IMG/VR virus record: IMGVR_UViG_3300048134_000195
Coordinates: 1-47,049 of that record
DNA from: a virus
Strand: one strand, 5' to 3'
Length of the DNA: 47,049 bases
How positions within the stretch are numbered: position 1 is the first letter of the stretch; the number at the start of each line of letters is the position of its first letter. Below are positions 40,882 to 45,985 of the stretch, piece by piece. A program made the translations under genes and the position numbers. The notes under the pieces are model-generated. The model was not told the origin of the DNA. It did not search any database and saw only the letters and a program-made list of their open reading frames with translations.

Positions 40882-41109
40882 ATGCCGACACTTGAGACGC
40901 GAGCCGGCGAGGTGTCAGTGACCGAGCTGCGGTCGGTCGAGCGCGGCGGCCGTGTGGCTGTCGAGCAGGGCAGCCGGAAGTGGCACGTCGACGTCCTCGA
41001 ATCTGGGGAAGTACAGTTGGTGGCGTCCTGGGAGAATGGAGAGTTAGCGGACGTCGAGTTGCCCGGGGCGGTCAAGGAGCGGCTCGGGGAGTACGCAACG
41101 AGGGTCTGA
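40882..41109 (+). CDS. Hypothetical small protein (75 aa)
   Basis: Track ORF. Confidence 0.5.
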   Translation: MPTLETRAGEVSVTELRSVERGGRVAVEQGSRKWHVDVLESGEVQLVASWENGELADVELPGAVKERLGEYATRV

Positions 41110-41121
41110 TGATGGGGTTAG

Positions 41122-41292
41122 CTACTCGCCGTCGTCCTCGTCGTAGGCCTCGTGGTAGGGCGTCTTCGTCTTGTAGCCGCAGCTCGGGCAAGTTGCCTTC
41201 CAGCTGTCGCCGGTGTAGTTCCAGGTGTGGCCGCAGCGGCCACACTCAACCTCGACGTCTTCGGATTCCTCGTCTGGGGAGTCGTCGGTCAT
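41122..41292 (-). CDS. Zn-ribbon protein (56 aa), paralogue of 41414..41575
   Basis: Not in the track. MTDDSPDEESEDVEVECGRCGHTWNYTGDSWKATCPSCGYKTKTPYHEAYDEDDGE*. Confidence 0.65.
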   Translation of the reverse strand: MTDDSPDEESEDVEVECGRCGHTWNYTGDSWKATCPSCGYKTKTPYHEAYDEDDGE

Positions 41293-41304
41293 GGCTACCA
41301 AATG

Positions 41305-41424
41305 CTACCACCACCACTAACTTAAGGGTCACCCCATGCAGAGGCGGATGTGCGGATTCTACTACTACTACCACCACCACATTTATATCACGACACACCC
41401 ATGAACAGTATAGGTGGTAGTAGT
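41305..41424. promoter_or_regulatory. Operator-like repeats between the divergent Zn-ribbon genes
   Basis: Identical 13-mer ctaccaccaccac at 41305-41317 and 41368-41380. 12-bp perfect inverted repeat actactaccacc (41364-41375) / ggtggtagtagt (41413-41424) brackets tttatat (41382-41388). Confidence 0.65.
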
Positions 41425-41575
41425 GGCGGAAAACACAAATCAAACACCTTCAGAAACGATCGAAGTCACCTGTCAAAACTGCGGGTACGAGTGGACGTAC
41501 TCCGGAGATCTCCAGATGGTGACCTGTCCGAGTTGCCAGCGGAAAACTCCGGCAGAACCTGACGACGAAGAATAG
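41414..41575 (+). CDS. Zn-ribbon protein (53 aa, GTG start; alternative GTG 41423), paralogue of 41122..41292
   Basis: Not in the track. ..AENTNQTPSETIEVTCQNCGYEWTYSGDLQMVTCPSCQRKTPAEPDDEE*. Shares C-x2-CG[YH]-x-W-x-Y[ST]GD-x5-TCPSC with the paralogue. Confidence 0.6.
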   Translation: MVVVAENTNQTPSETIEVTCQNCGYEWTYSGDLQMVTCPSCQRKTPAEPDDEE

Positions 41576-41689
41576 CCGCCCCTTTCGCACACCCACGAAC
41601 CCGGCTCCTGGCAGAGTAGAGGTTCGCGGGCGTGCGGGGGTGGCGTCGGTGTACCGTACGCGATCAAGCAGCGATACAGATCCGAAGCC

Positions 41690-41875
41690 ATGCTAAATAA
41701 GCAACTCACGGAAGATAACGATTCTGGCACCGCCCGAGCAGCATCAACACTCAAACAAGACACGAGCGCGCCGTTCACCTGCACCCGCGACGACTGTCCT
41801 GCAGTCCTCCCAACCGAGGGCGCACGCCGTAGTCACATAGAACGCGACCACGACGACACGGAGCGTGATGCGTGA
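41690..41875 (+). CDS. C2H2 zinc-finger protein (61 aa)
   Basis: Track ORF. FTCTRDDCPAVLPTEGARRSHIERDH fits C-x4-C-x12-H-x4-H. Confidence 0.65.
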   Translation: MLNKQLTEDNDSGTARAASTLKQDTSAPFTCTRDDCPAVLPTEGARRSHIERDHDDTERDA

Positions 41876-42024
41876 TGTCGGATAGTGAGGCGTTCCGCGA
41901 TCAGGTGAACTCCGCGCTGGAAGCTGCCGTCGCCGGCGACCGCGACCTCGACGACATCGAAACCGTCCTCCAGGACGGCTTGGACCGCGTGCAGGAGATC
42001 CGCGCCATCCGGGGTGAGAACTGA
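41875..42024 (+). CDS. Hypothetical small protein (49 aa)
   Basis: Not in the track. ATGA overlaps at both ends. MSDSEAFRDQVNSALEAAVAGDRDLDDIETVLQDGLDRVQEIRAIRGEN*. Confidence 0.5.
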   Translation: MSDSEAFRDQVNSALEAAVAGDRDLDDIETVLQDGLDRVQEIRAIRGEN

Positions 42025-42365
42025 TGTTCGCCGACGAGCACTACCCCGAAACCGAGGACGATGCGATGCGCGCAGACGGCGCCGGCGAAACGCACGTGGA
42101 CGCGCAACGAGGCCTCTGGATCCCACCCCAGTACCGGGACTTCGACACCCAGCTTGTCATCCGCACCCCGCGGACGACGATCCAGCACTACAGCGACGGC
42201 ACCGACGCCTACTACGGGATGGTTACCGAGGCGGACTTCGGCCCTGTCGAGGAGTTCCAGGATCCGAAGAATCCCGAGCTCGCACCACGCCAGGTCTCAT
42301 TCAAGCCCCAGGGCGAACCAGCGGACACACTCTCCGTCGAGATCCCCGCGGAGGTCGATGCCTGA
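42024..42365 (+). CDS. Hypothetical protein (113 aa)
   Basis: Track ORF, acidic. Confidence 0.55.
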   Translation: MFADEHYPETEDDAMRADGAGETHVDAQRGLWIPPQYRDFDTQLVIRTPRTTIQHYSDGTDAYYGMVTEADFGPVEEFQDPKNPELAPRQVSFKPQGEPADTLSVEIPAEVDA

Positions 42366-42634
42366 TGCAGTTCCGCTACCAGGTCGTCTGCGAGGACTGC
42401 GGCGTCATCGAGGCCGACACTAGCGACGACGGCCTCTACGATAAGGCGACCGCGCATCGGCGCGCTGGCTTCCACGAGGGAAGCCGCGACCACTCCGTCC
42501 GCGTGGAGGTCGCCCGCGAGACCAACGAGTACCGCTGCCCCGTCTGCCAGACGAAGTGCGTCGGCGAACGGGAGCGCGACGGACACGCGAAGACGGAGCC
42601 GGGCGTTCAGCCGAGCTCCTTCGTGAGGGTGTGA
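42365..42634 (+). CDS. Zn-binding small protein (89 aa)
   Basis: Internal ATG 42365 of track ORF 42014..42634 (ATGA overlap). Motifs CEDCG ... CPVCQTKC. Confidence 0.55.
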   Translation: MQFRYQVVCEDCGVIEADTSDDGLYDKATAHRRAGFHEGSRDHSVRVEVARETNEYRCPVCQTKCVGERERDGHAKTEPGVQPSSFVRV

Positions 42635-42636
42635 CC

Positions 42637-42987
42637 ATGTCGGAAAACACTACTGAGCAAGAGAGCACGAAGCAGGACACGGCGAATCGGAAGCATCTGT
42701 ACCTCATCACGGAAGCGGAAGATGAGGACAAAGTCGGCTGCATCAAGATAACCGACTCGCGTCTCTCGCGTGCCGAGAAGAACCGCGAGACGCCGTACCA
42801 CAAGCTCGACGAGGACGCGGGCGATTTCTACATCGCCGGCAAGCAGGTTTCGATGGGGTACGTCGACTTCGACGACGAAGACGACTTCGAGGAGAACATC
42901 GAGACCGAGCTTAAGCGGAAGATGAGCGAGATCGACGAGCGGCACTTAGAGAAGGCTGGTCACGACACCGAGGAGGTGCTCGCCTGA
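42637..42987 (+). CDS. Hypothetical acidic protein (116 aa)
   Basis: Internal ATG 42637 of track ORF 42556..42987. Confidence 0.55.
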   Translation: MSENTTEQESTKQDTANRKHLYLITEAEDEDKVGCIKITDSRLSRAEKNRETPYHKLDEDAGDFYIAGKQVSMGYVDFDDEDDFEENIETELKRKMSEIDERHLEKAGHDTEEVLA

Positions 42988-43556
42988 TGTCGGACCAGCA
43001 CACCGTCATCGAAGTCGAGTGCCTCGAAGACGGCTGCGAGGCGCTGGAAGAGGTCACGCATCTCGGACACGCTCGGACCGACCGGCAGACCGAGATCGTC
43101 CTCGACGCGCACCTCGAAGCGGCACGCCTTCACGAGGAGGAAGCCGGCCACGAGTTCAACGTCAGCGTGGACACCGGCACGCCGAGCGAGATGGAGGCGC
43201 TCTACGAGGACCTGACCGGCGAGCGCCTCGTCGCGGACGGCGGTACTGAGCAAGAGAGTGCGGGTGGTCAGCAGAGTGACCCTGTCCTATCGACGCTCGA
43301 CGAGCTGGACCGACTCGACAAAAGCCACGACCCGACCGTGGCGATCTTCGACGGTCACGAAGCCCGGCCGGTCATCGCAAAAGTCGGCGACGACCTCCGA
43401 ATGCTGTCGAGTTGGGTCCTCTACGCGAGGGAAGTCAGCATCGAGGACATTCGGGAGACGTGGGACGAGCACGGCGTGCCGCGCACGGTCTCGTTGTCGA
43501 CTCAGTCAGACCGCTTCGACGCGTCCGACTTCCGGGAGGTGGCTGACCTTGAGTAA
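42987..43556 (+). CDS. Hypothetical protein (189 aa)
   Basis: Track ORF with ATGA overlap. Confidence 0.55.
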   Translation: MSDQHTVIEVECLEDGCEALEEVTHLGHARTDRQTEIVLDAHLEAARLHEEEAGHEFNVSVDTGTPSEMEALYEDLTGERLVADGGTEQESAGGQQSDPVLSTLDELDRLDKSHDPTVAIFDGHEARPVIAKVGDDLRMLSSWVLYAREVSIEDIRETWDEHGVPRTVSLSTQSDRFDASDFREVADLE

Positions 43557-43761
43557 CTCAGATGCTGCTGTCGAGCAGGATCCAGACGGCGCACTCGCGG
43601 TCGAGCGGGAAGGCGAAGCGGTTGTCGTCGTCATCGAAGAGGATGGCGAGGAGGACCGCTACTACATCGAACCAGAGACGGCCACCGCCGTCGCGATGTG
43701 GCTCAACCAAGCCGCCGCTGAAGCGAAACAGTTCGCGCAACAGCACGGAGGCGATCTGTGA
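43549..43761 (+). CDS. Hypothetical acidic protein (70 aa) with a TTG start in a TTGAGTAA overlap
   Basis: Coding-looking C-terminal part of track ORF 43258..43761 (SNSDAAVEQDPDGALAVEREGEAVVVVIEEDGEEDRYYIEPE..). No ATG or GTG is available after the upstream gene body. Confidence 0.45.
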   Translation: MSNSDAAVEQDPDGALAVEREGEAVVVVIEEDGEEDRYYIEPETATAVAMWLNQAAAEAKQFAQQHGGDL

Positions 43762-44000
43762 TGCCGAGGGAAGTATCAACGGGTAACATCGACCGGTACG
43801 GTCGTGGGTACCACGCACTCGGCATTCAAGAGTGCCCACACTGTAACCGGGCGACGGAACGCGTCACGCTGAAACTCCCGTCATCCGGCGCGAAGGCACG
43901 GAAGTGCCCGTGGTGTTCTCGCTCGCTGCTATCGCGCTACCTGCATCGCGTGAAAAGCCGACTCCAGCGTATCCGAGCGCGAATCAGAGGTGGGTCGTAA
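43761..44000 (+). CDS. Basic Zn-ribbon protein (79 aa)
   Basis: Track ORF 43758..44000, with ATG 43761 overlapping the upstream TGA. Motifs CPHC ... CPWC. Confidence 0.55.
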   Translation: MPREVSTGNIDRYGRGYHALGIQECPHCNRATERVTLKLPSSGAKARKCPWCSRSLLSRYLHRVKSRLQRIRARIRGGS

Positions 44001-44449
44001 TGTCGGATACAGTCTCTCCCGAGATGAAGGAGTTCATCCGGAACTCCCCACCAGCGTGGGCGCTGGCGAGCCACCTCAAGGACGCCTACCAACTCCCCGA
44101 ATCGGAATGGGGGCAAGTCCTCAAATTCCAGTGGAGCGACGAGGGCTCCACGTGGACAGTGCGGTGCAACGGCTCCGGCAGCCTGAAAATGTGGGCTGGG
44201 GCGCCGATATCCGACCAGTTCCCGGACCCGGCTGCCATCGAAGTCCCTGCCGGCTGCCACCTCATCACCGTCGACAACGAGGCCGTCCTCCTCGCGAAGC
44301 CCGACGGCAACGAGTTCTATTGTGACCGTGACGCGACCAGGGTCTGGGAGGAAGCCGCCATCCGCGCGATGCACGCCCACTGCCTCGAGCAAGGCGACGA
44401 CCTCCCGGACGTCGAGGAATTCCTCCAGGAAACGGAGGTGCTCGACTGA
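44000..44449 (+). CDS. Hypothetical protein (149 aa)
   Basis: Internal ATG 44000 of track ORF 43904..44449, sharing one base with the upstream TAA. Confidence 0.55.
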   Translation: MSDTVSPEMKEFIRNSPPAWALASHLKDAYQLPESEWGQVLKFQWSDEGSTWTVRCNGSGSLKMWAGAPISDQFPDPAAIEVPAGCHLITVDNEAVLLAKPDGNEFYCDRDATRVWEEAAIRAMHAHCLEQGDDLPDVEEFLQETEVLD

Positions 44450-44697
44450 TGTCCGCCGAGACAGAGCGGACCGAGATCTGCCCGGACTGCGGATCACCCC
44501 AGATTCGGAATCGTGTCGTCCGCGGGCACGTTCCGACCGACTCGAAAGCACAGTACCGCTGCAACGACTGCAGCACCCGCTTCGACGACCCCGACACTCG
44601 GCCCGCCGAGAACCACGGCATCCCTGGCGCCGGCTCCCAACTCGGCGGCACGCTCGCCGCGATGGACGCCAGCGACCTCCAAGGAGGTGCCGACTGA
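44449..44697 (+). CDS. Zn-ribbon protein (82 aa)
   Basis: Track ORF. Motifs CPDCG ... CNDCS. Confidence 0.55.
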   Translation: MSAETERTEICPDCGSPQIRNRVVRGHVPTDSKAQYRCNDCSTRFDDPDTRPAENHGIPGAGSQLGGTLAAMDASDLQGGAD

Positions 44698-44993
44698 TGC
44701 CGGATCTCGCCGAGCACCACTACCCACCAAACAGTACCGACGCTGGGGTCGCCCCGGACGTCGAGGACTTCCGAGAGCAGGTCCGAGAATACTGCCGCTA
44801 CCGCCGCGACGAGCAGGGGAACGCGTACGTCACCGCGACGAAGGTCACCCGTGAGTTCGACGTCACGCCCCAGAAGGCGGGCGCCGCACTCGCGAAACTC
44901 ACGGAAGCGGGCGCGCTCTCCACGTGGAAGGACGACGCGCGCCGGACGACCTACCGCATCACGCTCGACGACACGGGTGGTCGCGATGAGTGA
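44697..44993 (+). CDS. wHTH-like small protein (98 aa)
   Basis: Internal ATG 44697 of track ORF 44322..44993 (ATGA overlap). VTATKVTREFDVTPQKAGAALAKLTEAGALSTW. Confidence 0.55.
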   Translation: MPDLAEHHYPPNSTDAGVAPDVEDFREQVREYCRYRRDEQGNAYVTATKVTREFDVTPQKAGAALAKLTEAGALSTWKDDARRTTYRITLDDTGGRDE

Positions 44994-45240
44994 GTACGGC
45001 CGCCCCACCGCAACCAGCGGGGACCGTCCCTCGAATCCGGACATCAAGGACCGCATCGGCGAGGATCCCGCGCGCTACCTCGTCGACCCGGACATGACGA
45101 CGTGGAGCCGTATCCGCGGCATCAACAGCGAGGACGTGCTCGAGGCGTGGCTCAGTGTCGAGGAAGACCTCGGCCCACGCCGCAAGGTCATCAAGCGCCT
45201 GAACAAGCGCCGCCGCGAGCTCCAGGAGGCGGATTCGTGA
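44986..45240 (+). CDS. Hypothetical protein (84 aa)
   Basis: Internal ATG 44986 of track ORF 44851..45240. ATGAGTGA overlap. Confidence 0.5.
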   Translation: MSEYGRPTATSGDRPSNPDIKDRIGEDPARYLVDPDMTTWSRIRGINSEDVLEAWLSVEEDLGPRRKVIKRLNKRRRELQEADS

Positions 45241-45401
45241 TGGCCCAACCCAGCGACCCGAACAGCCTCCCGGACTCGCTTGCGGAGTTCAAGCAGATGG
45301 CGATCGTCAAGGACTGCACCGCCTGTGGCGAGGAGACGCGGCTGCGCTTCCTCGAGGACGGCGAGTGCCCGGGCTGCAGGTACGGGGGCGATGCCGCATG
45401 A
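45240..45401 (+). CDS. Zn-ribbon protein (53 aa)
   Basis: Internal ATG 45240 of track ORF 45102..45401. Motifs CTACG ... CPGC. Confidence 0.5.
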   Translation: MAQPSDPNSLPDSLAEFKQMAIVKDCTACGEETRLRFLEDGECPGCRYGGDAA

Positions 45402-45985
45402 CGGGCGTCAGACGAACCGTCGGTCGGACGCGAACCTTCAAAGGGACGGCCAGCAAACAGGCAATCAGCAAGACACAGCAGGCACTACGAGAACACAACG
45501 GACCGCAGAAGCCGGGGCGTCCCACCGCCCCGCAGGACCAGAACTCGTCCACTGCTTCTGCGCCGAGGGACTTAGCATTTGCCCCTTCGACCAGCCCCAG
45601 CTCTATCCCTCGCGACGTCCTCGGGCGTCAGTCCACCCCCACCAGCGCAGCCAGCTGCATGCACGACTACACGATCGAGATCGACGACGTCGAACCGGAC
45701 GATGAGCCAGTCGACCACCACGACCCACTCCGAGAATTTTTTTCTTTGAAAGCCCACCCCACCACGCCATCTCTCCCCCACGGCGAGAATGAGAACAGCA
45801 CGGAGAGCGGTTGTTGTAGCGGTCTGGCTGTGCTGTGCTGTCTGAACAGTACGAAGTACTGGGGTGGGGGTACGCGTACCCCCACCCCTGTCTCCCACCA
45901 TGTTGGTGTGAGTGGTGGTGGTTCCAGCCACCGCCTCACACCATCTTGGTGGGAGCAGGCTCGTGGGGTGGTCGCCGATGTATGA
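45398..45985 (+). CDS. Questionable ORF (195 aa): a basic, low-complexity N-half whose 3' ~250 nt coincide with heavily structured DNA
   Basis: Internal ATG 45398 of track ORF 45365..45985 (ATGA overlap). There is no in-frame stop before 45985. The distal part reads like translated repeats (..CCSGLAVLCCLNSTKYWGGGTRTPTPVSHHVGVSGGGSS..). Confidence 0.35.
   Translation: MTGVRRTVGRTRTFKGTASKQAISKTQQALREHNGPQKPGRPTAPQDQNSSTASAPRDLAFAPSTSPSSIPRDVLGRQSTPTSAASCMHDYTIEIDDVEPDDEPVDHHDPLREFFSLKAHPTTPSLPHGENENSTESGCCSGLAVLCCLNSTKYWGGGTRTPTPVSHHVGVSGGGSSHRLTPSWWEQARGVVADV
45734..45751. repeat. 18-bp AT-rich inverted repeat, left arm (gaatttttttctttgaaa)
   Basis: Perfect reverse complement of 46193..46210. 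Confidence 0.95.
45827..45841. repeat. Tandem pentamer (GCTGT)x3
   Basis: gctgtgctgtgctgt read directly. Confidence 0.9.
45861..45888. repeat. 28-bp perfect palindrome ggggtgggggtacgcgtacccccacccc
   Basis: The sequence equals its own reverse complement. The centre is ACGCGT. Confidence 0.97.
45893..45954. repeat. Nested hairpin: 8-bp + 8-bp perfect stems plus an imperfect inner stem
   Basis: tcccacca (45893-45900) pairs with tggtggga (45947-45954). ggtgtgag (45905-45912) pairs with ctcacacc (45935-45942). Inner stem is tggtggtgg with ccaccgc. Confidence 0.85.
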
